Of a stretch of 30,217 nt of DNA, positions 1-8,289 are shown one piece after another. Under the pieces are notes generated by a model. The model searched no databases. It was given only the letters and a program-made list of their open reading frames with translations, and was not told the DNA's origin. The position numbers and the translations under genes are program-made. How positions within the stretch are numbered: position 1 is the stretch's first letter; each line of letters starts with the position of its first letter. The DNA is taken from contig JAYGFR010000139.1 in assembly GCA_046581755.1 (NCBI GenBank), positions 1 through 30,217 on the forward strand, given 5' to 3'. Source of the DNA: Nitrospinota bacterium. GTDB lineage: Bacteria; UBA8248.

Positions 1-474
1 ATATTCGCGGCCGCGTTTCTGGGGCTGTTCACGATATTTCTGTTCCGGGGAGAGTCGCTGTTTTTGTCCGGAACCGGAGCGCAGGCCCGGCTCCGGGTGC
101 GGGCCGCCCGCCTTCGCGGAGAGCCCACGGAAAAAGCCGCCCGCGCGATCGGGCGCGCGATCAAGTCGTTTCTCGATGCGTCAAAGCATGCGAGTCAGGT
201 GGTGGTGCGAATCGACGAGGCGGGCGCGGAGCGAATCGTGTTTACCCTGACGGTTCCCTGGACGGTGGGCAGCGACAAGCTGCACCGCCTCCGGGGCGAG
301 ACGACCGCCCGGCTTGCGGCCAGCCTCCTCAAGAGCGCCGGCGCGGCGCGGGTGGCGGTGGTGGTGAAGCTGCGCAGAAGGCGGATCCGCGGCGGGGAGA
401 GCGATCTGGTGGGCCAGGCGGTGTATGCGCCAGGGCCGGGGAAGGTCGATTGGCGCGCGGGCGGGAGCCCTTGA
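1..474 (+). CDS. Hypothetical membrane-anchored protein, 5'-truncated by the window edge
   Basis: The frame of ORF 64..474 is open back to base 1 (IFAAAFLGLFTIFLFRGESLF..., hydrophobic) and ends at TGA 472-474. No family recognised. Confidence 0.6.
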   Translation: MFAAAFLGLFTIFLFRGESLFLSGTGAQARLRVRAARLRGEPTEKAARAIGRAIKSFLDASKHASQVVVRIDEAGAERIVFTLTVPWTVGSDKLHRLRGETTARLAASLLKSAGAARVAVVVKLRRRRIRGGESDLVGQAVYAPGPGKVDWRAGGSP

Positions 475-487
475 AGGGGCGCCGGCC

Positions 488-518
488 AAAAAAAACGGCG
501 GCCGTTTCCGGCCGCCGT
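488..518 (-). terminator. Rho-independent terminator of cspA
   Basis: 9-bp stem ACGGCGGCC/GGCCGCCGT (495-503/510-518) next to an A8 run (488-495), which is a U-tract on the minus strand, about 35 nt downstream of the cspA stop. Confidence 0.85.
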
Positions 519-552
519 ATTGGGTTCGATCTCTATGCGGTGGTTTGGACGG

Positions 553-753
553 TTATGCCTTCGTCACGTTCGCCGCTTGAAGCCCCTTTGGCCCATCAAC
601 AATATCGAAGGTGACGGTCCATCCTTCTTCGAGGGTTTTGAAGCCATCCCCACCGATGGCGGAAAAATGGACGAAAACATCTTCGCCGTCTTCCTGAGAA
701 ATAAATCCGAATCCTTTTGAGTCGTTAAACCACTTCACGGTTCCTTGTGCCAC
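553..753 (-). CDS. cspA: Cold-shock protein (CSD family), 66 aa
   Basis: [15 protein letters not shown] (RNP1) and DVFVHFSAI (RNP2). GTG start at 753 with an AGGAGA RBS at 761-766; the ORF-track start at 843 is too far upstream. Confidence 0.96.
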   Translation of the reverse strand: MAQGTVKWFNDSKGFGFISQEDGEDVFVHFSAIGGDGFKTLEEGWTVTFDIVDGPKGLQAANVTKA

Positions 754-857
754 TTTTGTTTCTCCTGCAACGCAACTGACCAGGGCGCTCGGGCATCCCA
801 ATGACACCGGGTCGCGACCTCTCGCCAAATGTTCCCACGCCATTCGTGGATAAACGG

Positions 858-886
858 GTTATACTATGTCTAACTATTTTGTGCAA
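858..886 (-). promoter_or_regulatory. Sigma70-type promoter of cspA
   Basis: Minus strand TTGCAC (886-881), 17-nt spacer, TATAAC (863-858). Implies a 5'UTR of about 100 nt, typical of csp genes. Confidence 0.6.
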
Positions 887-999
887 CCCGGTAGAATTCC
901 GCCGTTTCCGGCCGGAAGACCGCCCCGCCCCCGCCTGAAACCGGGAGCCTGGGGTATCTTGAAAACCGGGGGCATCTTGAAGACCATGGAGAAAACCCT

Positions 1000-1887
1000 A
1001 TGCCGGTCCAAACAGTCGCCATCATGAGTCCGGGTGAAATGGGCCACGCCGTCGGGCGCGCCCTGATCGCGGGCGGCCTCGATGTCGTCACCTGCCTGGA
1101 AGGCAGGAGCGCCCTGACACGAAAATTCAGCGAGGAGGCGGGAATTCGGGATCTGCCCAGCCTCGGGGAGATGCTCGCCGAGGCCGATCTGGTCCTCTCC
1201 ATCGTCCCGCCCGCCAAGGCCGTGGAAACCGCCGCCACGGTGGCCGCGACGATGGCCGCCTCCGGCCACAAGCCGCCCTACGCCGACTGCAACGCCGTAT
1301 CGCCCGATACCACCCGCCGGGCCGGAGAGGAGATCGCCCGGGCGGGAGCGGACTACATCGACGGCGGTATCATCGGCCCGCCCCCCGGCGAGGGGGCCCC
1401 GCCCCGGTTTTATGTGAGCGGACCCGGCGCCGGCCTGATGTCCGGGCTCGACGGGATGGGCATCACGGTCCGCCCCATCGGGGACGAGATCGGACGCGCC
1501 TCGGGCATAAAGATGTGCTACGCCTCGATGACGAAGGGAACGCTGGCGCTCCAGACGGCGGTGTTCACCACCGCCGAGGCGCTGGGGCTGACCGCCGTGC
1601 TCCGGGCCGAGCTGATGGAGAGCCGCGAGGCGCTCTACAACCAGATCGAGACGGGCACCCGGAGGCTCCCCTCCGTTTCGGCCCGCTTTATCGGGGAAAT
1701 GGAGGAGATCGCCGCGACCTACGCCGCCGCCGGGGTGACTCCCAAATTCCACCAGGGGGCCATCGACGTCTACCGGCTTCTCGTCTCGACGCCCTTGGCC
1801 GAGGAGACCTCCGAGACCATCGACCAGAACCGCACCCTCGAGGAGGCGGTGAAGATCTTCGCACGCCACCTTCCGATGAAGGAATAA
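1000..1887 (+). CDS. NAD(P)-dependent oxidoreductase, 6PGD/3-hydroxyisobutyrate dehydrogenase-like with DUF1932-type C-terminus
   Basis: VAIMSPGEMG Rossmann start, DCNAVSP, YIDGGIIGPPP, ASGIKMCYASMTKG and RFIGEMEEIA motifs; GGAGA RBS. Confidence 0.88.
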   Translation: MPVQTVAIMSPGEMGHAVGRALIAGGLDVVTCLEGRSALTRKFSEEAGIRDLPSLGEMLAEADLVLSIVPPAKAVETAATVAATMAASGHKPPYADCNAVSPDTTRRAGEEIARAGADYIDGGIIGPPPGEGAPPRFYVSGPGAGLMSGLDGMGITVRPIGDEIGRASGIKMCYASMTKGTLALQTAVFTTAEALGLTAVLRAELMESREALYNQIETGTRRLPSVSARFIGEMEEIAATYAAAGVTPKFHQGAIDVYRLLVSTPLAEETSETIDQNRTLEEAVKIFARHLPMKE

Positions 1888-1954
1888 GGCCTCTCTCCGG
1901 CCCCTCTTTCGTTCCGGCCCCTCTTTAGTTACGGCCGCGGGGGCCGGGCGGGAT

Positions 1955-2952
1955 TCAATCCCGGAACTCCGCGACCTCGACCACCTTCGCGCGCCGCGCA
2001 CTCTCGATGACGGCCTGAAGGACCGCCACGGCTTCGAGCCCCTCGGAGGGGCCGGTTTCGGGCGAGGCGCCCTCGCGGATGCAGCGGGCGAACTCGGCCA
2101 TCTGATCCGCCAGCGCGTCGCCTTCCTCCACCGGAATTTCGGTTCGGGCCTGCTCCTCCTTTTTCTGAAAATAAAGTTTTTTTCCGTCCGCATCGCTCCA
2201 GGCGGCGGCCTCGGTGCCGAAGACGGCCGTCCGGATGGAGAGGGGGAGCACCTGGGAGACCCCGATGTAGCCAAGCGGCCCCCTCTCGAATTCGAGCCCG
2301 ATGGCGGTGATGTCGTCGAGGCGGGTGGTTCCGAGCAGGTGCTTGCTGAAGGCGGTCACCCGGCTCACCGGGCTCGCCAGGTAATGAAAGTTGTCCACCA
2401 TGTGGACCCCGCGCCCGGTCATCCCGCCCACGGGCCATTCTTTGGGGTCGCTCTGCCAGCCCGAGGCGGGCTTTTGGCGGTTCGCGTTGAAGACGTGCGC
2501 CTCGAGCTGGATCAGGGTTCCCAGCTCGCCCGCGTCGATCATTTCCCGAATTCGCCGTGTGGCCCCCAGGCGGCGGCGGTGGTGGCCGATCTGGAGGACG
2601 ACCCCCACCCCTCGGCGGCGGCGATGGCCCGCTTGCCTTCGGCCACCGTCAGGGTGAGCGGCTTTTCGACGAAAATGTGTTTTCCGGCCGATGCCGCCTG
2701 GCGAATCATCTCCGCGTGGGTTGAATGAGGGGTGGAGATAACCACCCCCTCGACCGAGGCGTCCCGCCAAATTTCATCCAGGCCCGCCGCCGGGAGTGCC
2801 CCGAATGTTTCGGCGAAGGCGCGGCGTGACTCTTCGGTCCGGGCAAAACAGCGCACGCACCGCGAGCCCCCGCCCCGCTCCGCCGCCGCCGTGAGCCGGG
2901 TTCCCCTGTTGCCCAGGCCGATATAAGCCAGCCCGGCTTTGTCCTCCGCCAT
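1955..2952 (-). pseudogene. Gfo/Idh/MocA-family oxidoreductase split by a single-base frameshift near 2608-2611 (real lesion or assembly error)
   Basis: The N-half (IGLGNRG, STPHSTH, KHIFVEKP) is in ORF 2539..2952 and the C-half (VVLQIGHHRR, GGMTGRGVHMVD) is in ORF 1955..2770. Adding one G to the minus-strand G4 run joins them (AEG-VGVVLQ). Confidence 0.85.
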
Positions 2953-3055
2953 GGTTTCTCCAAGGTCCTATTGAATGAAGGCCGACATAAAAGTCTCTCG
3001 GCGCGGAACCCGCGCGCCGCCCCGAAAACGAACCGCTCGCCCCCCGGCGGCCTCA

Positions 3056-3064
3056 TGCTACACT
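3056..3064 (+). promoter_or_regulatory. Possible extended -10 promoter for the MFS gene
   Basis: TG-C-TACACT about 60 nt upstream of ATG 3124. Confidence 0.35.
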
Positions 3065-3123
3065 CACTAACCGTATATCGATCAACCGCCAGTCCCCGGA
3101 CTTTATTTGACCAGACGATCCAT

Positions 3124-4311
3124 ATGAAATTGGGAACCCAGGCCAGGCTGCTCATTCTCTCCGGAAGTCACGCGGTGAATTCGGTCTATAACCGGATTCT
3201 CACCCCGATGCTGCCGCTTATCGTGGCCGAATTCGGCCTGAACTATGCCCAGGCCGGGCTCATCGTCTCGGCCTATGCGGCCGGAAACAGCCTGTTTCAG
3301 TATCCCATCTCCTTCGCTGCCGACTACACGGGCCGCCGCCGGACAGTCCTCGTCCTCTCGCTCATCATCAACGCCCTGCCTGTTTTCTTTTTCCAGTGGA
3401 CGGCCTCCTATTCCGTGCTTCTTTTCCTGGTGTTCATCAGCGGCATCGGAAGCTCGGCCTACCATCCATCGGCGGTGGCCATGACGGCCGAGGAGATGCC
3501 CAGCCGGCGCGGGTTTGTCATGGGGATTTTCAAGGCGGGCGGGGATTTCGGCAGCGTGTTCACTCCGGCCCTGGCAGGATGGCTGGCCGTCTATCTGCTC
3601 AGCTGGCGGACGGCGGCGCAGATTTTCGTCCTGCCCGGGATTCTATGGGCGGCGCTCATCTGGTTTGTATTTCAGGACAACCCCACCAAGCGCGGCCCCA
3701 TCCGCCAGGAGGCGAAGGCTACCCTGTGGGGGCTGCTCGGGAACCGGGCGCTGGTGTTCATGCTGGTGCTCTCCTCGTGCCGGGTCATGGTCGGGCGGGG
3801 CACCATGGCCTTCATTCCCCTGATTTTGGCCGAGAGCTACGGGTACGAAACTACCGGAATCGGCTGGATTCTGACGAGCTACTACCTCTTCGGGACGGGA
3901 AGCTCGATCGTCCTCGGAAAGATATCGGACCGGTTCAAGTACACCTCCTTCATCGTGGGCATGCTGGCCGCCACTACGCTGGTGTTGGCCTTGATGCCCC
4001 TGGCATCCGCGGCGTGGTCCTTCTTCGCGCTTCTGATTGGGCTGGCGGCGAATCTGGGGCCCTCCCAGGGACCCGTTCTCGCCGTGATGACCGAGATGAT
4101 CGACGACAAGAGCAGAGCCAGTTCGGTCGGGCTCCTCTACACCTCGAACGAGGTGGCAGGGACCTTTTCCCCCTTTATCGGGGGGCTCATCGCCCAGAAC
4201 GTGGGGCTTCAGCAATCCTTCCTATTTTATGCGGTCATCTCAGCCGTCGCGACCGCCGCCGGGGTGGCCGTCTACCGGATCCGGGAGCGCCAGATCCTCG
4301 CGGACGGCTGA
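3124..4311 (+). CDS. MFS transporter (Fsr-like)
   Basis: About 12 hydrophobic segments, motif A variants ADYTGRR and ISDRF, and GIGSSAYHP. The likely start is ATG 3124 rather than 2971. Confidence 0.9.
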   Translation: MKLGTQARLLILSGSHAVNSVYNRILTPMLPLIVAEFGLNYAQAGLIVSAYAAGNSLFQYPISFAADYTGRRRTVLVLSLIINALPVFFFQWTASYSVLLFLVFISGIGSSAYHPSAVAMTAEEMPSRRGFVMGIFKAGGDFGSVFTPALAGWLAVYLLSWRTAAQIFVLPGILWAALIWFVFQDNPTKRGPIRQEAKATLWGLLGNRALVFMLVLSSCRVMVGRGTMAFIPLILAESYGYETTGIGWILTSYYLFGTGSSIVLGKISDRFKYTSFIVGMLAATTLVLALMPLASAAWSFFALLIGLAANLGPSQGPVLAVMTEMIDDKSRASSVGLLYTSNEVAGTFSPFIGGLIAQNVGLQQSFLFYAVISAVATAAGVAVYRIRERQILADG

Positions 4312-4432
4312 AAATGCCCCGGGCGACCCGGGCGTATATTTTATAACCATTTGATAATGCTTATCTTATATTCTAAGGGGCCTCTTTTTGGGCGGGGTTT
4401 GAATTTTTTTTCCATTTCGGCGCATTTTTTAC

Positions 4433-4448
4433 TGGACCGATTGGTTCG
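4433..4448. promoter_or_regulatory. Putative TetR/NemR-type operator 1 (autoregulatory)
   Basis: TGGACCGATTGGTTCG, 12/16 identical to the perfect palindrome at 5104-5119, located 57 nt upstream of the TetR ATG. Confidence 0.65.
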
Positions 4449-4504
4449 GAACATGTATATTTCCCTCAGGTTGATTCGAAAGAGCCGCGCAGAGGAAGGA
4501 CATC

Positions 4505-5086
4505 ATGCCGAGGCTGAGAGAATTTAGCGAAACGAAGGTTCTGGAGCAGGCCATGGATGTTTTCTGGTTAAAGGGTTACGAGGCCGCCTCGTTAAAAGAC
4601 CTGATCGGGGCCATGGGCATCAGCAAGAGCAGCTTTTACGAGACCTTCGGGAGCAAGCACGACATCTTCATCGACGCCATCGAGAATTACATCGAAACGG
4701 TGACCGGCAGCGTGGTGAAGATGCTCGACGGCGAGTCCTCCGGAAAAACGGCGGTTGAAAATCTTTTCCGGATTATCGTGGAGAACGAATCCGGACAAAA
4801 CGGCTCGCGCGGATGTCTTCTTTGTAACTGCGCCGTCGAAATCTCCCAGCGCGATCCCGTGGCGGCCCGGCATGTGGCGCTTGGCATGGTTCGAATCGAG
4901 GATGCTTTATTCCGGGCGGTCCGCCGGGGGCAGGAGGCCGGGGAGATTCCGGCCGGGCGCGATGCGCGGGCGCTGGCGAGGTATCTGGTGAGCAGCGAGA
5001 ACGGCTTGATGGTAATGGCGAAGGCCAACCGTGGCTGGGAGGTGATGGACGACGTCGCGCGGACCGTGCTCACAGTGCTGGAGTAA
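4505..5086 (+). CDS. TetR/AcrR-family regulator, NemR/ComR-like
   Basis: MPRLREF...FWLKGYEAASLKDLIGAMGISKSSFYETFGSK HTH and a C-terminal RGCLLCNC Cys motif. Confidence 0.93.
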   Translation: MPRLREFSETKVLEQAMDVFWLKGYEAASLKDLIGAMGISKSSFYETFGSKHDIFIDAIENYIETVTGSVVKMLDGESSGKTAVENLFRIIVENESGQNGSRGCLLCNCAVEISQRDPVAARHVALGMVRIEDALFRAVRRGQEAGEIPAGRDARALARYLVSSENGLMVMAKANRGWEVMDDVARTVLTVLE

Positions 5087-5103
5087 TTTTTTTTGACTGA
5101 ATA

Positions 5104-5119
5104 TGGACCGAACGGTCCA
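5104..5119. promoter_or_regulatory. Putative TetR/NemR-type operator 2 overlapping the thioredoxin-operon promoter
   Basis: Perfect inverted repeat TGGACCG-AA-CGGTCCA just downstream of a TTGACT -35-like hexamer (5093-5098). Resembles the NemR box pattern TAGACC-N4-GGTCTA. Confidence 0.75.
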
Positions 5120-5182
5120 GTTTGATGGACCCCAATCACCCACCGCCGAATTGACTACATCAACATCAAAGGAGAATGAGAG

Positions 5183-5525
5183 ATGAGTCATACCCAAACG
5201 CAAGCAGCAACCGTTCACCTCACCGACGCCAATTTCGAGGATGAGGTCATCCGCTCGGAGACCCCCCGTTCTGGTGGATTTCTGGGCCGAATGGTGCGGC
5301 CCCTGCCGGATTATCGGCCCGGTCGTTGAAGACCTCGCCGACGAATTTGCCGGAAGGGCGCGTGTCGGAAAGCTGAACATGGATGAACACCCGGCCATCG
5401 CTGAAAGGTTCGGCATCCGGGGGATTCCGGCCCTGCTCCTGTTCAAGGACGGCGAGATCGCCGGGCAGGTGGTGGGCGTCCACCCCAAGGCCGAACCCAG
5501 GGAACTGATCGAGAGCGTTATCTAA
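5183..5525 (+). pseudogene. trxA: Thioredoxin with a +1 frameshift in a C6 run (real lesion or assembly error)
   Basis: ATG 5183 gives [28 protein letters not shown]. Removing one C from 5262-5267 joins it to [13 protein letters not shown]...IRGIPAL (ORF 5241..5525). AAGGAG RBS upstream. Confidence 0.88.
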
Positions 5526-5600
5526 ACCCCTTCCGGCCGGCCCATAGCCGCCGGATCAACAAATGAAATCGGGAAACCGAAAACATAGGAGAAAATGAAA

Positions 5601-6145
5601 ATGCCCAGACTCAAACAGATCGAACCGGAAACCACGGCCGGCAGGACCAGAGAGCTTCTGGACCAGACGAAAGCCCGGATGGGGAAAGTCCCCAACCTTA
5701 TCAAGACGCTGGCCAACTCCCCGGCGGCGCTCGAGGCCTACCTCGGCTTTAGCGACGCGCTGTCGAATGGAGTCATCCCGGCCCAGCTCCGCGAGCAGAT
5801 CGCTCTTGCGGTTTCCGAGGCGAACAACTGAGGGTATTGCCTCGCCGCCCATTCCGCCGTCGGGAAGATGGTGGGACTCAGCGATGAGGAGATCCAGGAC
5901 AGCCGCCAAGGGACCGCCGTCGACGGCAAGACCGAAGCGGCCCTGCGGTTTTCGCGCCAGCTCGTGGAAAAGCTCGGTTGGGTGAACGACGGAGATGTCG
6001 GACACCTGCGAGACGCGGGCTACGGCGACGAGGAGATCGCCGAAATCGTCGCCCATGTGGCGCGAAATATCTTCACCAACTATTTCAACCATGTGGCCGA
6101 GACCGTCGTGGACTTTCCCGAGGCCCCGGCCTTTTTTCAAAATAA
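5601..6145 (+). CDS. AhpD/carboxymuconolactone-decarboxylase-family peroxidase-related protein with an in-frame TGA at the CxxC motif (candidate selenoprotein, or pseudogene)
   Basis: ORFs 5595..5831 and 5868..6650 share a frame. Read-through gives ...EQIALAVSEANN[TGA]GYCLAAHSAVGK...NIFTNYFNHVAETVVDFP. The expected stop TAA 6143-6145 is out of frame by one base at a T6 run (6132-6137). Confidence 0.8.
5852..5876 (+). promoter_or_regulatory. Candidate bacterial SECIS hairpin
   Basis: TTCCGCCGTC-GGGAA-GATGGTGGGA: a 10-bp stem (3 G.U pairs) with a G-led loop starting about 30 nt 3' of TGA 5829-5831. Folded by eye only. Confidence 0.4.
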
Positions 6146-6194
6146 CCCGGTGCGGAGGCGGCATCGCCTCCGGCTGGGCGAAAGGAGAATCGAA

Positions 6195-6650
6195 ATGAAA
6201 ATCAATCTTCAAAAAGCGGCAATCGCCGGAATCGCCGGAACGGTCCTGTTCGACCTGGTGGGATTCGCCCTCACGGGGAAGTTCTGGGACATCCCGGCCC
6301 TTCTGGGCGCGAAGCTCATCGGTGAGGGTGGGCTTGCTCTTGGCGTCTTCGCCCACTATGGGAACGGCATCGCTTTGGGCGTCATCTATGCCGCCTTGGC
6401 TCCCTCGCTGTGGGGGAACGACTACGCCCGGTCGCTGACCTATACCACCGTCCAGACGGTCGCGGGCGTCTATCTCTTCATGATGCCGCTGCTGGGCATG
6501 GGTATCTTCGGCCACAAGGCGGGGCTGGCGGTTCCGGTCATCGCCCTGGTCAGGCACTGGGCCTACGCGATTGCCCTCGCACGGCTCTATCCGGTTACCG
6601 AGAAGTCGGAAATTCATTTCACTGACGCACGCGTGGAGCACGCGGCGTAG
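6195..6650 (+). CDS. Four-TM membrane protein with two intramembrane His residues, function unknown
   Basis: Own RBS AAAGGAGA (6181-6188) before ATG 6195; hydrophobic helices with FAHYGNG and VRHWAY. An intergenic-style hairpin CGGAGGCG/CGCCTCCG (6153-6172) lies upstream. Confidence 0.8.
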   Translation: MKINLQKAAIAGIAGTVLFDLVGFALTGKFWDIPALLGAKLIGEGGLALGVFAHYGNGIALGVIYAALAPSLWGNDYARSLTYTTVQTVAGVYLFMMPLLGMGIFGHKAGLAVPVIALVRHWAYAIALARLYPVTEKSEIHFTDARVEHAA

Positions 6651-6688
6651 CGACCTGCTGAAATCCCCAAACCTGAAAGGAGGAAAAC

Positions 6689-6742
6689 ATGGACACGAAA
6701 ACTGCGGTTATCACCGGAGTAGATAGCGGAATTGGTTTTAGC
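6689..6742 (+). pseudogene. SDR N-terminal remnant (18 codons) in frame with the downstream cupin
   Basis: AGGAGG RBS plus MDTKTAVITGVDSGIGFS (TGxxxGIG), homologous to the SDR start at 7238. Confidence 0.7.
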
Positions 6743-6766
6743 CTGCAAAATGCATGGAATACTCAA

Positions 6767-7144
6767 ATGAGCCGTAAACCCGTACACCTGCAGCGTAGCG
6801 ACTGGGCATCCGACAACCGCCTCTGGAATGGGGTATTGGAGGGTAAGGACATCGGCACAGGCGTCACGGTGCTATTTTATACAACCGAAGAGATCGGCAA
6901 AGGTCCGGTATGGCACGTACATCCCTACGACGAGATTTTCATCGTCCGCGCCGGCAGAGCCCTATTCACCATTGGCGAGGAGAAAATTGAGGCGACGGCA
7001 GGGCAAATCCTGCTCGGTCCGGCTAATGTCCCTCACAAATTTACTAATCTTGGTCCGGGATTGCTTGAGACGACCGACATCCACGTCAGTGACCAATGGA
7101 TTCAAACCGATTTGGACGATCCCGAATTCTTGAGAGACAGATAG
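6767..7144 (+). CDS. Cupin-domain protein
   Basis: GPVWHVHPYDEIFIVRAG and GPANVPHKFTN cupin motifs. The DNA is visibly more AT-rich than its flanks. Confidence 0.88.
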   Translation: MSRKPVHLQRSDWASDNRLWNGVLEGKDIGTGVTVLFYTTEEIGKGPVWHVHPYDEIFIVRAGRALFTIGEEKIEATAGQILLGPANVPHKFTNLGPGLLETTDIHVSDQWIQTDLDDPEFLRDR

Positions 7145-7237
7145 ATTGCAATCACGTCGAGCCCGGGCACGGTGCAGCGGTTCTTCGACATCATAAATCC
7201 CCAATTCGGGCGGTCATGCCCAAAGAAGGAGAAAATA

Positions 7238-7597
7238 ATGGCAACGAAAACGGCAGTCATCACCGGCGCATCGAGCGGAATCGAATTCAGCGTGGCGGAA
7301 GCCTTCATCGGACAGGGCGCGAACGTCGTGCTCAACGGGCGTGACGAGACGAAACTGGCCAAAGCCGCCGGGAGGCTCGGCAATCCGGATCGCATCGCCC
7401 TCGCGGCCGGTGACATCACCCTGCCCGAGACGGCGGAGAAGATCGTGAAAGCGGCGGTTGACCGATTTGGCCAGGTGGATGTGCTGGTCAACAACGCCGG
7501 CGCTTTCTCCATGAAACCCTTCACCGATTACACGGTCGAGGAGCTGGACGACTTCCTAGGCTACCTGCGCGGCACCTTCGTACTCTCGCAGGCGGCG
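7238..7597 (+). pseudogene. Truncated short-chain dehydrogenase/reductase
   Basis: MATKTAVITGASSGIE (G-to-E in TGxxxGxG) and VDVLVNNAG. Similarity ends at VLSQAA, before any YxxxK motif, and the frame then runs on out of register over the next gene. Confidence 0.8.
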
Positions 7598-7658
7598 ACG
7601 GGGCATATCACGGGACTGAAGCGGCAGCGCAAGGCGCCGCCGCCTGAAGGAGAAAGTC

Positions 7659-8261
7659 ATGACCCAGCCCATCAGCGACATCGCTTTCACCCCAACGGTC
7701 AAGGCGGTTCAGGAGCGCCTCGGCTCGCGCGGCACCTACGAGCGGGTGGAGAAAAGGGGCGGCTGGTCGGATGCCATCACCGGCGATCTCGCCGCGTTTA
7801 TCGCCGAGCGGGATTCGTTCTACCTGGCGACAACCACCGCCGATGGGCAGCCCTACATCCAGCACCGGGGCGGGCCGAAAGGGTTCCTCAAGGTTCTGGA
7901 CGAGTACACCCTGGCCTTCGCCGATTTCGCCGGAAACCGGCAGTACATTTCCATGGGAAACCTCGCCGATAACGACAAGGCCTATATCTTTCTCATGGAC
8001 TACCCGAACCGGCGGCGGGTGAAGGTATGGGGCCGGGCCGAGGTGATCGAGGACGACCCCGAGATCTTGAGCAAGCTGGCCGAGCCCTCCTACGTGGGGC
8101 TCCCCGAGCGGGTGTTCTTTTTTCACGTCGCGGCATGGGACATCAACTGTCCCCAGCACATGACGCCCCGGTTCACCGAAGAGGAAACCGCGCCGGAGGT
8201 TGAAAAACTCCAAGCCCGGATTGCCGAGCTCGAAGAGGAGTTGGCGGCGCTTCGGGGCTGA
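7659..8261 (+). CDS. Pyridoxamine 5'-phosphate oxidase-like FMN-binding protein
   Basis: DSFYLAT, PYIQHRGGPKGFLKVLD, ADFAGNRQYISMGN, FLMDYPNRRRVK and WDINCPQH; AAGGAG RBS. Confidence 0.92.
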   Translation: MTQPISDIAFTPTVKAVQERLGSRGTYERVEKRGGWSDAITGDLAAFIAERDSFYLATTTADGQPYIQHRGGPKGFLKVLDEYTLAFADFAGNRQYISMGNLADNDKAYIFLMDYPNRRRVKVWGRAEVIEDDPEILSKLAEPSYVGLPERVFFFHVAAWDINCPQHMTPRFTEEETAPEVEKLQARIAELEEELAALRG

Positions 8262-8289
8262 AAAAATAAAATACGGAAAGGAGCCATCG

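Noticed and set aside
874..2274. 466-aa minus-strand ORF and similar long overlapping ORFs (5556..6641, 20033..21280)
   Set aside because: They overlap well-supported genes on the opposite strand or in another frame and have no recognisable motifs.
7598..7972. C-terminal part of the 266-aa SDR ORF as a novel fusion domain
   Set aside because: It is out-of-frame run-on across the PNPOx-like gene after the SDR truncation.
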